NCBI RefSeq assembly: GCF_009834535.1
Contig: NC_045697.1
Location: 68,016,001 to 68,080,000 of the forward strand
Direction: 5' to 3'
Origin: Camelus ferus
Taxonomy: Eukaryota
Length of the DNA stretch: 64,000 nucleotides
The position numbers and the translations under genes were made by a program. The notes beneath the pieces were generated by a model. The model searched no databases and was not told where the DNA came from. It saw nothing but the letters and a program-made list of their open reading frames with translations. Positions 26,161-39,257 of this stretch are shown here, piece by piece (positions within the stretch are counted from its first letter, which is position 1; the number at the start of each line of letters is the position of its first letter).

Positions 26161-29100
26161 ACATTTCAAGGCTACATTAACTCCAAAAGAACCAAAAGTT
26201 AGGTTCTTTCTGCTGTACCCAACATTTCAAATTAGGACTCAGCCACCTCTTCTTTGAGAATATGGAGTCAACTCCCAGGTGCCAGTAAATTAAGAGAAAA
26301 CCAAGGCTACAGGGAAAAATGCCTATAGCCACAAACTTCAAGAAAATCCACACCTCTGAGCTATTTAGTACTGGAATGGATTCTTGCCAGAAAAAATAGA
26401 GATATATTTCTGCTTTCAACTTTGGGGAACTTGGCAACAGAAATGAGGCTGGGAGTTTTATGGGATATGTATCATCTACTTATTTTTTTAACAAATAAAA
26501 GCAGTTTAATCAATGAACTTGCAAATTGACTAGTGAGTTAATAAGTTGTTTAATGAAGTTGATTATTCATTATGTACATATTTTATTACATTTTCTGTAA
26601 GTGTATATTTTAATACAGATTGTGATAACATGACAATTTGAATGGTTCTTCTGAAACGTCAGAGGTTTTGAGAATTGCTACTTATTTATACTCCTCTCTT
26701 TCATGTTTTGAACCAGTTAGAAAGAGCTATAGGAATGAAATCAGGACATAAATGATATATCATTTTATTGGTGTTACAGCTGGAATGAAAAAGCATTCTG
26801 AGTTAAGGTTTAAAACATGAGGTCTACCAGTCCATCCTGTGAACTGTACTTAACCTTTAAATTGCAGAAGGAGCAACTACTGAGAGAAAGAAAGTGAAGG
26901 AGAGAGAGGGAAGATATCAAGCAGTTGTCCTCATATGTTCAGTACGTTCTCATACTACATATGAGTTCTGTTCTGTAACACACTGATTCAACAATTTTTT
27001 CTCTCGAGGTGGAATGTGAGAAAAATACATAGAATGCCTGGAAATATTACCTCATTACTCCTGCTTGAAGAATGGAATGGTCATCTATGCATGGAAATAT
27101 AACTAAAAGAAAAATAGTGTTTCTCCAATAAATTTGGTGAGAAACCAAAATAGTTCAGATCAGATGTACTGTAAGTTAGAAATGAGATTATAGGCTGAAA
27201 ATAAATAGACTGAGGAATATTGAATAGACTGAAGAACAAATAAACTGAAACTAGCAATGAACAAATTGATCTTCCTAGTTAGTTGCAACACACACAGATA
27301 TCATGAAGGCTTAGCTGAAATGTTTGCGGCTGTCAAAAGGGGTAGTACTTAGCTCTATATAACTGAGAAGCCCATAAAGCTATGAAAAGTCAGAAACATG
27401 GCAGGAAGTACTTAGAGATAGAGAGGAAGACAGAAGGAATGTACTATGGACCATTAATGCAGTAACAGGATATGCTTTCCTAAAATCACAATGTATGCAG
27501 TGGCAAGAAGTAATTTTGACCCAGATATTTAATGTTAAATAAACAATCACCACTCATACAAGCTGGAAATAAATAAAGCTTATGATGCACAGTGATGGAG
27601 AAGGATTTTCACATATGACCAGATGGCTCTATCCCAAGATATTTAATAGTATGGCATTGCTTTAATTTATTAAGTTCAGGCTTTGTGCTTCAGTTTTGCA
27701 GGCTTAGAAACTACTATTGTCAGCTCACCAAGATTATATTCATCTCTCCAGGGCTACTTAAGTGAACAAAAAAAGATTTATAGTGTTTATAAAGGAACAA
27801 AATCCAATTGACTACTTTAAATGAGAAATATGGTGAATACAACCAGATGGCTACATCCTCCAGTCAATTCATTTTTCCCATGATTATAGAAAACAGAATT
27901 ATAATCAATAGGTTTGTTGCTTAGTAAGAAAGGAATAATTAGATAACTCAACATGTAATGGCATCAGACTGAAATTGCCTAACATACACTTCTCTTCAGG
28001 ATGGAGACAAGGAAGTACAACAAAATTCTAAGAAGTTCAGGTCTTGAACCAGGGCACTGCCCACCAGTGCCTCTGTAATCTCTCTCTAATTTTAAACCAG
28101 TATGCTATTACCCATCATGTGCTGATTTCAGAATTCAACACTGAAAAAGTTTTGTTCATTCTTCCTTTTTATCTGAGAGTGACATGTGAGATTTACACAA
28201 ATTACTCAGTACACTGATCAAGTCTTGACTAGACCTATTAAGTACTGATACCCTAAGTTAAGGAAATGATGACAAGAATGGTTCTACTAATTCTAAATCT
28301 GAACATAAAGAACTGGAGTATGAGCTGGAACTGCTAATGTTCCTTTCTAGAAAAATACCTGGCATTCTACATTATATTAACTCATATGAAAGACTTCAAA
28401 GAAATAGCCTCCAAAGCCAGAGTTTCTCAAAGAGAAAATGGATAAAGAAGGAGAACAGAAGCACTACACAATTAAATTCTTATCATTAGAATGCTACAGA
28501 AGGAGAAAAAAGCAGGAAGTCTATGAAAACCAAACTAGCTGCTTATGAATTCATGTCTTTGGGATATTTAAAATGAATAAAAGGAAAACAGAGATTATAT
28601 TTGCCATAGTTGGGAAATTTAAGGTTTGAACCAGATTTCTGAGAAATTGAATCATGGGCAGAGGAGAGATAACCCCTGAGGGTAACATGGGAAAAACTGG
28701 CCAGCCCATTGTCATCTGCCCTGTCCAGTTTGCTTTCCCCAGTCAGATGCCCCAAATCTTTACATATGTGGAAGCAAATGTTATAAAATGCAAGTATCCT
28801 ATAGGCATTTACTATTAAAATATTCAGAAAGTCCAACTCATATTTGTCTGGGTAACTAACCAAATCATAAAAAACAATGACCCAAACCCACATGTCCTAA
28901 AGAATTTTGCCTAAAGACTGATATGCTGAGTGGACAGTTAGCTTAAATTCAGCCTCCTCTTAAGTATTTTTGGAGCTATTTGAGACCTTTTTTTTGTTGT
29001 TATTGATTTTGTATTGTTTTGAATTGGTGATATTGCATTGATAATGTTTTGAATTGGTGATATCCTTATGGAATTTTAAGAATTATTAAGTCAATAAATC

Positions 29101-31830
29101 TAGAAGTACTTCCTCACTTTTTTTGCATTTCTAATACATATGTGTCAAGTCTACTATATTTTCTGACTATAGATGCGTTTTTTTGTTTCATCTTTCAAAT
29201 ATTTTGAGATTATTTTTATGGCTTTACTTAAAGACTCTTCCTCCAAATGTTTTGTTTCCAGTAATTCATACTTAAACATTTATAGCAGTCTTTAGAAATG
29301 TTATTCTCTGCAGTTATGCCTTTGTTCTTGTTTTATCCAATTGTGTGTGCCTGTGTTTACTCCATGTATTAAACAAATTAGTAACTGCCAATACTCATTT
29401 CTGTTAGTCTTTTCTTAGATATTGATATTCGTACAGGAAAAAAAAAAACAAAGGAAATTGGATAAGTCAGAACATTATTGAACTCCATTAAATCTTATTC
29501 TTCAAGAAAACTATTAAAATGTAAATGTGAAACAAAAGGATACATTGATCATTGGTATCACCATTATGCTAAAATTTCACTGTTGTTTCAAAGCAAGTCA
29601 TGATTGTCCACTTCAGATAGTCAACTGTTAGTTGATTACTGAGCAAAGTCATAAATAGCACCCTGTTTAAGAACTGTAAGTTAGCAGGTATTCCTCACTA
29701 GTGGTGCACAAATGGCTGTAATTAATTTTTGTGAGTAACTGTACAAACAGACTGTACAAATTGTACAAATAGACACAACTTAAAATCCCAACCCAGACAC
29801 ATTACATATATAATCATACCCACCGTATCCCTGCAATTTGTTCCCAGACTCTCCAGGGAATCTATTTATTGACATTAATACTTAGTGTGACCAGCTATTC
29901 ACTTTGCTACCAGACTTGCTCCTACAGAAGCCATAACTTTTAATGCAGCCAATCTCCCCAAGGCTGGAAAACTAAGCCACTTAACTATTTGATAAGGTGG
30001 CATATTGATAGTAAATGAGATAGAAGAGGATATTCCAGATCAGGCCACAGAAATTTGAGTTGTATTTTTGGATGAGTCAGTTGTACAAGAAGGATCCTCA
30101 AAGACTATCACTAGGAAGAGTCATGTCAGGCAACAGAGTAGAGAATAGAGAGGAGGAAAGAGGGGGATTGAGAGGGGAAGAAGTGAGGTTCCAGTACCCA
30201 GTCAGCAAGAGCCAGGAAACAGGGCACTTCTGGAGGCTGAATGTTAAGTACGAACATGAATAAAGCCAAAGAACTTGTCCTAAAGAATGCACTCAGTTCA
30301 GCCAGGCTGGTGCAAATCCAATAGCATTTTAGGATTAGAATGCTTTGTAAACCCAGGGTGTTTTGGTATATGTCCTATAGATTGGTGTAGCCCAGTGGGA
30401 CCCTAAGTTTCTATGCACTATGCCATGTTTTCCTTAGGGAAATGGACAAAATGGAGTGAGAGCAATGTGAGGCCCTTATCTTCTTATTTGTCATCCCTCA
30501 CATGCCAACCTATAGCGCTTAAATTCATTTACCCCTTTCTATAATGGCAAGAAATACAGCCCTTTTCAAAACCACTTAATGCTCCTAAGTAGCACTAGCA
30601 GAGGCAATCCAATCTTGAAAGAGACTAACAGAGCAAAACCTACTTAAAATTGCATAAGAAGGAAATACAGGCACATTACTTTAAAATTTCAGAATAAAGT
30701 TGCTCTACTAAGAGCTTGTCAAATGTTAAAGCTTGAAGCTAGGAAAAAGAAAAGGTACGGAGATGGGTCATTTTGAAACTGGGGTAACAAAGATCAAACA
30801 GAACTACTGTTGAGGATATATGATAAGAAGAAGTTTAAAATTAATTCAATCAAAATTACTTTCAAATTGTCTAATATCTGCCAGGCATTTAGTCAGGTAC
30901 TGGGTGCTGAGTATACAGTAAAGGATAAAACTGGTGGCATAGAGAATACAGAACTACCAAATTTCATTTTTTACATATTTTGTAACAGGGATAATGGTTT
31001 TTAGGCTGGAAAAGAGTATAACAAACAGAGCTCTAAATATATGAGGAGTGGATAAAGAAGAAATTAACCAAGTTAAAGTTTTTGGCTCAGGCAAATCATA
31101 ACCCAGAGCCTGCTAACAACTTAAGAATGGGAAATATATCAAAACACTACCATCTTGACTTATAATTTATAGGGAAAAAGCATATTCAAAAAAATATAGC
31201 TTAATAATCTCAACTTTACTAATTAAGCAACTATTTCTACACTTACTGAGCAAGATAATCCCAGAAATTGGGCAGAGCTGACCATCTAGTGGAGACATCA
31301 TTATGTTAAACATTAATAAGTCATTAAAATGAAACTATGATGATAGAATGTGCAGTGTACACATGCGGTTAAAAAAGAAACATGCCCACATCTCCCAGGA
31401 AGTGCAAAGAAAGCATACTGATTAAGCTGCCAGTAAAAGAATAATGAACTAAACGAGGCACAGACATTGAGAACATTTATCTCATAACTTAAAAAGAAAC
31501 CCAGATGGTTCAATATGTTATCAAGTATCAAGTTCCTTCCACTGGTCTGTTCAACCGTGTCTCTCCTTATGATCAAAAGATGGCCCAAACCTAAAATCCA
31601 TCAGTGACAAAAGGGAGCAGAATTTCCATGATGGCATTGGGCCAGTCATGGCCTGTTCATTTGTATTAGGGAGTAGTCTGGTCCTTGTGCCTTTTACTGC
31701 CTGAACTCTAGAGAAAATCCAGGATCTGTTAGACAGGAAAAGAAGGAAATAGTTGTTGTGAGGCCTTCAACAGGTCTGCTATAGGGAATTTACAAAGAAC
31801 TGTCAATATTTACCTTGGACTTGATACATG

Positions 31831-32059
31831 CAGGACCTATCAATCCATTAGGTACAAAAGGTATAGTGCTAGGACCCAAAAAGTACTGAAGGCCAAGAAA
31901 ACACTTTAATTTTAAGTCAGAAAAAAAAATTTAGACAGAGGAAAATATTTTAATATATAACATCAATATATCCATCTTTATACCAATGTGATTGTGAACC
32001 ATAAGTTTAAAATTTTTTCTATAGCAACAAGAGCCCATGGAAGTCATAATACAGCCCTA
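31831..32059. mobile_element. hAT-Tip100-like non-autonomous DNA transposon
   Basis: Ends caggacc...cagccct; internal ccattaggtacaaaaggtatagtgctaggaccc...tctttataccaatg...agcccatggaagtcataat; degenerate 8-bp TSD GATACATG (31823-31830) / GTTGCATG (32060-32067), 6 of 8 identical. Confidence 0.7.
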
Positions 32060-33029
32060 GTTGCATGAGTGTAGGATGTCAGGTGCACCAAGAGAGGAAG
32101 TGCATTCAAGATGACAGGAACAGCATATGCATTCCTCACGGGAAAGGTGAACCATCCCACTTCAGTGGAATGGATATCTACATTCTCAAATGCCCAAGTG
32201 GTCCTAGAATCATTACATGCATGAGCAGACATCTGCAGTGAGGATACTCAGATTAATTTACTCCAAGTCAATTTCCTATTAAACTGGACATAATAAACAG
32301 ATTTTCCCAGGGGTGCCAATGATAATACAGAAACACAATTTTAACAGATTTTCCTTTCCATTTTTCAAAATGATGGATTGATATTTCCAAAAGAAAGGTG
32401 TGCCCTTTTTAAGATTAACTTTGTGCTCCATAAACACTGTACCATATACATATGTGCACAGCCCACACACATATATTTTTGCTTTTTGACATCTTTTCCA
32501 AACTGATACATTTGATAAGTAGCTATCTCTTATTTTTGCCGTCAAGGTCCTTTATTTGCCAGCTGGTTAGGAAAGAAGGAGGCAAAGGTCAATTTGCTTT
32601 TCCCCAGAAACAAATCTGTCACATCACTGATGTTCCACTGCAGTGGCCTTGTGGGACTGGGGAGGCCAGTCCTCCTCCTTTAGGGCACTTCCCACTCAAA
32701 TACACACACAACAAATGTTCTTCTATATGAATCAGACATCAGGATCGCAATCAAGCCTGTTATGTTTGGAAAAAACAGTCACAAAATACTTGTCTAGATA
32801 TTTCCAATAATCACAGTATTTTAAGAAGCTTCTTATAATATATACTCATGCATCAAAGTTTTCTGGCTTTTGTAGGTGCAAGAGTCTTATTTTAGAGAGC
32901 AAAACTGCAAAGCTGAGTGATCAAAAGCGTCAGAGCTTCTCTGGCAGAAATAAATACGGTTCAAACATTAGTAAACATGTATGCTGTAATGAAAATATCT
33001 TCTTATAATACACTTCCCCAGTCTCAGTT

Positions 33030-33510
33030 ATGAATTTCCATGGGAATTATTTCCAAAGACAAGCTTCAGGGAAAACATCAATTAATCTGCTGAATGAATT
33101 TTTGAATCCATTTTCAATGCTGAGACCCCCTCCTGATGCTTGGTAATTACCCCAATATTTTCTGCACGCTTGTTTAAACGGCTTCCTCTTGGGCTTCCTG
33201 TGAAGAAGGCCTTTCTCTCTGCTGATCTGAAAGGCAGCTTCCCTTATCACTCTGCTTCATTCCATCTGCAAGTCGTGGGGGGTCTCACTAATCATTGTCA
33301 TTGGAACATTGGATGAGCAGTCTGGGGACATAGATAGATGTGACACCAAAGGAGACCAGGGACTTTCCAACAGAGTGCTCATCTCTGTAAATGCATCTCG
33401 CCCTCCCAGATTCAAAGCAAGAGATGAACTCTTTTAAAGCAAAAGCCTGCACCTTAATTATACAAACACAGTGATCAAAGTTATTATCACTCTTTTCAAA
33501 GGGCAGGGAT
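33030..33510. promoter_or_regulatory. Candidate enhancer (GLIS/ZIC-type, NF-kB, ETS, GATA, SOX, TCF motifs)
   Basis: GGGACTTTCC 33359-33368; GACCCCCCACGA on minus 33273-33284; GACCCCCTCCTG 33124-33135; CTTCCT x2 at ~33182 and ~33194; CTTATC 33243; CATTGT 33293; ATCAAAG 33474; locally raised GC and no recognisable TE. Confidence 0.45.
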
Positions 33511-34599
33511 TTACTAGAATGGTGTTTTGTTACCTTTGACAGAAAATATTTGGTCCTTGTGAAGAGGACCAAAAGTAACAGAGAAAAATGCAATAGGGGA
33601 GGATATAAAATAAGAGGAGGGGAAAACGGTTTTAAACAAAAATGCTACTGATAGAGAAATACAATTTAAAAAGCAGTTGATGCAAAAGAAAGATAAAAGT
33701 TGTACTGTTGGATTTTGAAAGAACTTCAAAGTGTATTCAAATGTCACACCGATTTTTCTTACATCTTTAAGTAGTAAGATTCAAAAGATAAACGTGATCC
33801 ACAAGTTTATCCACACATGATTTATCTATAAACATAGAAAATAAAGCACAGTGATAGTTTTCATATAAAAATATCCTCCAATTGGAAATATTTATTCTTT
33901 AACTTTCTTAAAGATGACTTCCGTAGTTTTGGAGACTGTGACATGTGTGAATATCATTTACCATATAAGTTAGTTCAGAGGTTCCTTGAAACTGTCTGAG
34001 GTCTCTGAGAACAAGCTCTGCTACTTTATTTACTGTATAATAAGTGAATGTGGGTAATTTAATTCAGAAAACTCAAAGATACACTGCAACAAATATGAGT
34101 GATGCAATTTTTTGATGGACAAGTATTTGAACAAAAGATCATTAAGTTAAAGTTTATGGGAAAATAAGTCTTCTCTTTTAATCTTAAGGATGTAAAAAAT
34201 CTCAGTTCAATTAATTTATCTCTGACCTGACTCCCAATATTAAAAAGGTTTGAGATAACTTCTCATTTATGATGCTAGTTATTTCTAGGATATAAACTTA
34301 CAAAATCACAAGCATCATTGTTCTACCTGCTATCATCCAAATAAAGTAAAATACTTAGAAAACCTCTATATTTAGAATATTTAGAAAACCTCTGTCAGTA
34401 TTTATTTATATGCTGGTATGCAGTTTCTCTATATCACAGTTCAAATTTTTACCCATAAAATGGAAGATTCAGTCATAATAATGGGCTGGAGTCTGAAAAA
34501 CAAGACCAAAGTTAAGATTTAATGGTCTATACTCAACTCTCATTTGTCTCTTCTTCTGTCTTCAGAATCCACAAAATCAGGAATTGCCTCCACTTCTCC

Positions 34600-35570
34600 G
34601 AAATGTCCCCATGTTAACAAGTTGCTTCCAGTTGCTAAAAACCAATAGTTAATTTCCATTTCTCACCTTAGTTGATCTATTAATGACATTTGTCATAGTT
34701 TTTCAGGCCTTTCTTGAATATTTGCTTCCTGGACTCCAGGTCACCATTCTCTCCCAATTTCCCTTCTAGATCACAGACTGTTTCCTCTGGTTTACTCTGA
34801 TTTTGTTGGTTTATCTGTATTTTCCTGACATCTAATAATGTAAATGTCCTGCTACTCAGTCCTCACATCTTTCCTGTCTATCTACACTGATCACCTTTGG
34901 AGCTCTCCTTCAGGCTCATAGTTTTAAATAACATCTAAATGCCTATGTCTCAGAAATGGAAATTTTCCATCCTGAATATCTAGCTTGTACTCCCAACTTT
35001 TATATCCAACTTTTTAACCTTATCTAATCATTTAAGTGAATGATAAACATCCCAAACTTAAAATCAAAACAAAACCCCTGATCTTCCCCTAGATATGTTC
35101 CTCCTGAGGTTCCCTAAACTCAACAAATGGAAAATCCATTTATCATTGCTGAAGCAAAAAACCTTGGATTCATCTGACTTCTCTGATTCTTTAACTTTCC
35201 ACATTTGATACAGCAACGTGTTAACACAACAGCCAGAATGAGCCTTTCTGGAACTCATGATCATGGCAGATCGTGGAAGATCATGACACTCTTCTACTTC
35301 AACTTGTCAATGGCATCCCATGTTGCTCAAATGAAAAAAAAAAAGTTTTCTTCCAATGGACTACAAGATAATGTTTATTGCTACTTCTCTGGATCCATTC
35401 TTCCTTCCTTCTTTCTTTGATCACTTATATAACTGTCACTTTGATTTATAGTGTTCCTAGATCAGGCCCAACATACTCTCATCGGTGCTTTCCTGACTTG
35501 AAAGTTCATCATTTACATTTATGCTTAGGTTACTCCATCATTTTCTCCAGGTCTTTGTTTATAAATTGAT
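34600..35570 (+). mobile_element. L2 LINE (RT region to 3' part)
   Basis: gttgctaaaaaccaatagt...ctcagtcct...tctacactgatcacc...ctcatagttttaaataacatctaaatgcc (decayed YADD region)...aaacatcccaaacttaaaatc. Confidence 0.8.
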
Positions 35571-35584
35571 TCTACTCTTGTTAG

Positions 35585-35690
35585 TGGCTGTATGTGACCT
35601 TGGGTAAGCTATCTTAATTTTCTGGTATACATTTTTTCTCATCTGTACAGACTCTTACAGAGTTATTGTAAGATTTAAATGAGATAGTAA
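35585..35690 (+). mobile_element. MIR SINE
   Basis: gctgtatgtgaccttgggtaagctatcttaat...ctcatctgta...cttacagagttattgtaagatttaaatgagata. Confidence 0.75.
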
Positions 35691-36104
35691 CAGCGTTGAT
35701 AAAAGCTGCATGAATGATGTACATCTCAGTCCACAATAAAACATGCTACTTGAGGTGTATAAGAGCAGTCTATAAAAGCTCAAATTACACTAAAATACAG
35801 TTTATATCAGTACTCTACACCTCTTCAAAATATGATGACAGATTTCCCCAGTCTCTCTAGAAAATAAGTAAAGACTAATAATAATCCAGACAAATAGTCA
35901 ATGTATTTGATTAGAATAGAAAAATCTGTTATATGTAAAAGCAACAAAGTGAAGAGAGTCTAAAGAGGGTATTCTTCAAAGTGAGGTGTCTCAAAAGAGT
36001 CCAGTGTTTATAGTACTGTACTGGCTCAAATCAGGCTTTTTAGATTGTTTCAGAGCCAATTTTGTCTCCAGAGTCATCAGGTTACAACAATAGTCACATT
36101 TGAG

Positions 36105-36366
36105 AAGCAATAGTGTAGTTGATGACATGGACTTTGGTGGTTGATCATTTAGGCTCAACTCAAAAGTCTTCTACTTAGTAGTAGGTAAGTGTAGCATGTG
36201 GTTGGGCTAGTTAGCCAGTCTCTCTGGTTACCTAAGTTCTCTCTGCCTAACGCTCAGATTTGAAAAGTGGAAAGAGTTAGACTACCTGCTGTTTTTGTAA
36301 GAATTAAATAATCAGTGATACAAACCGTGCAGTGTCCAGTCCATAGTAAGTGGTCAATGGTTATTA
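36105..36366 (+). mobile_element. MIR SINE, near full length
   Basis: atagtgtagttgatgacatggactttgg...tttgtaagaattaaataa...cagtgtccagtccatagtaagtggtcaat. Confidence 0.65.
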
Positions 36367-38899
36367 GTAAGATTAACTCAGAAACAAATCTTTTGTAAGG
36401 CCCTGCATGGGGAATAAAGTAGCTCTAAGGTATAGGTAGCATAGGTATACATAGAATCTAATATAAATAAATGACATCTCCCAGAGTTATATATCTCTAG
36501 CTGCAAGTATTTTCAATGGCTCCAGTGATTCCAATGTATCAGAATCACTGTCAGGAAGAAGACAAGAAGCTGTTATGCTGCATGACATCTATCTCCCTTC
36601 AGTCTCCCTGGAGTCTCAGTTTTGTCACGGATGGATAAGGAGTCAACTGGAGTCCAAAGTTGAGCTCATTGCATTGGATAATCTAGTCCTGGAAGCAGAT
36701 CAGAACCAAATCCATTTAAGGGGACCAAGAAATCTCAAAAAACATGTGTGAGCTTTGAAGTGCCCTGGAACTTTAAATTACCTTTTAGGTCCTTGAAGAA
36801 TTTAGAACTCTTTAAGTATTACAGCTTCTTGGTGAGGCACTTGAATCTATCTGTCCTAAATTTCTGTCTTAATGATTTCTCAGGGATAGTTTATTTTCAA
36901 TGAGTCTACTTTTCTAGGAAGCAATCAAAATGATCTATTTCAGTCTGAACCAAAGTGTGGGTTCAATATATAAATCAGCTGAATCCTGAAGCAAGTGTTT
37001 CTCACTAGTAACTGAATTTTGATAAAAGGGGGGAAAAAAAGAATGGCTAATATCTGTGAATACAAGAGAAATTTTTCTCTATCTTTTTTAAGCAACTCTA
37101 ACCTAGACCCAGTCTCTCCTCACCAATCCTGTGTTTGGAACAAATACAGATTTCAATTAGTTTAAGATCATATTTTATATCTAGTGTTATCTAAAATGCA
37201 AACAGTTTTACTCCCATTTCTTATTATACTAACATTTTAGTGTGCTATTGCTTTCTTTTATATAGTCTTCACATCTTTCGGCTGGAACTCATGGTGCTGT
37301 ATGTATATATGAGTATGTCTGTAACATAACTGCAGAAGCATAATGCATCATTACCATTTTTCCTTTCATATAAACCACATGCCATTTTAATTCTGAATAA
37401 ATTATACATTTAGTTATGGCTCATATTCAGTAACTGGCTGTTTGTCCTTTATATGTGCTACAAAAATTGCTCTTTTATAATTTCTTACCACAAAAAATAT
37501 TCACAGTTCTAGGTACAAATCTTTAATGGATTTATAAACTCTACTGAAGAGCTGAAAGTGAATATGTTGATTTGGGCAAATGAGTATATTACTTAGGCAA
37601 CTTCATACTACTGGAATAAATTTAGGAAAACTAATATGATGAATTTGAGAGACATAACGTCTGTTGCATTTCCTTTATTTTAGTTAAATATACCCAAATA
37701 TAATTAACCAGTTGAAAATTTCATATTAATTTTTATATTAAAATATTTTCTGAAATACTGATTTTGTGTTACTGCCATAGGTGACTTAAAAGATATTCTC
37801 TCTTTTTAGAAAGTAAGGATCTCAGAAGATACTCTCATATCCATTCCTTTAATGCTTATGACTGGGAACTTGCAGGCTACAGAGTCCTCCTTTTTCCTTA
37901 GAAGTTCTTAGAAGTTTGAAGCTAACTGTTAATAGTGAATTAAAGAAAGAAAAGTATTATGTTAAATTAATGTCTGAGGAAGTCTTTGTGAAATATTTTT
38001 GAGAAGTAGAGAAATGGGGAATGAGAACATTTTGATCACTTAACTTGCAAGTGACTTTTATTACATATATATGTCATACATATGTATATCATATAAATAT
38101 CAATAACATGCCATATAAATGTTATATAAATAGAATATGTTGTTAAGCTATATGCCTTTCTCTTTTTAAAATGTGAAATGTTTCACAAAATGCCTGAAAA
38201 CTTTCTGAATAATGAAGGAATTTCTGTGATGTGATGGACTCAGATTGAGGTTACTTGCAAACAAATCATCAATCCACACAAACACAGAAAACAAAGGAAT
38301 GCCAGTTGTTTAACCAAAAAATATTTGTTGAATGAGACAAGAGTCAGTAAATTTATCTCACAGAACAGATAGAATATCACATGTTTCTGAATGTTAGTTT
38401 AGAATGCACAAAATGTTTTCTTTCAGGCCTGCCATTTTCTCTTCTCCAATTCAATCTGTAACTTAACCTGTACAACTTTATGATTTGAAGGGTAATTATA
38501 TGCATTGATCTCCCTGCATTCTAAACTATCACCCTGTGTTCTATTACTGCTTATACAGATGTGGTTTTTTATTTTCCTTATTTTGATACAGTTTGAAGAA
38601 ATGCTTCAGTAGAAGAACTTTTTTTTTTCTTTTTTTTTTGTCTAGGATTTGATTAGACTGCTTTTTCCCCAATATACCTGTACTGGAAGTTGAGACAAAA
38701 AGGTGCAAACTCACACTAAATAAACAAGGCAACCTAATCAGTTCTACAAAGTATATTTTGTAAAAGAAGTAACACTAGTAACAACCAAAACAAATCAGAG
38801 TCCCAGCAGGGACTGTAAGAGAACTTTCTTTTTAAAATGTTGGATATTGCTTCTTTTGGAATCAGAAAACACTGTACATGGAACAAAGGTATGTTCTCA

Positions 38900-39030
38900 T
38901 TTATTATTCATTCCATAAACATTGTTCAGCATCTGTTATCTATAGGATGGTCTCTTACACATATTGGAGGATGGACAGCTCTATAAGACCCAGACCTCAT
39001 TCTTTCCTTCAAGAAATCTTATCAGAATAA
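38900..39030 (-). mobile_element. L2 3' end fragment
   Basis: attcattccataaacattgttcagcatctgtt...ataagacccagacctcattctttccttcaagaaatctta. Confidence 0.45.
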
Positions 39031-39194
39031 CAGGAAAATAGTTGCTGCTGATTCCCTACCAGTCTGGGCTGGCCCAACGCTGCCAGGCAAACTGCTAGAA
39101 TCACACCAGACGCATTCCATCTCTCCATCTCTGTTGTAGTCCAAGATTCCTGCTAATCTGAACTGCAGACCTACCTGCTTAATGTATCTTTCGA

Positions 39195-39257
39195 AACATA
39201 CAAACACACCGCACCACACCACACCCACATCCACACACACACATACACACACAAACA
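39195..39257. repeat. Imperfect CA/CAC-rich microsatellite
   Basis: Read directly. Confidence 0.85.

Noticed and set aside
38866..38894. Small exon AAAACACTGTACATGGAACAAAG followed by GTATGT
   Set aside because: 23 nt is frame-shifting and the acceptor tract is interrupted; likely chance
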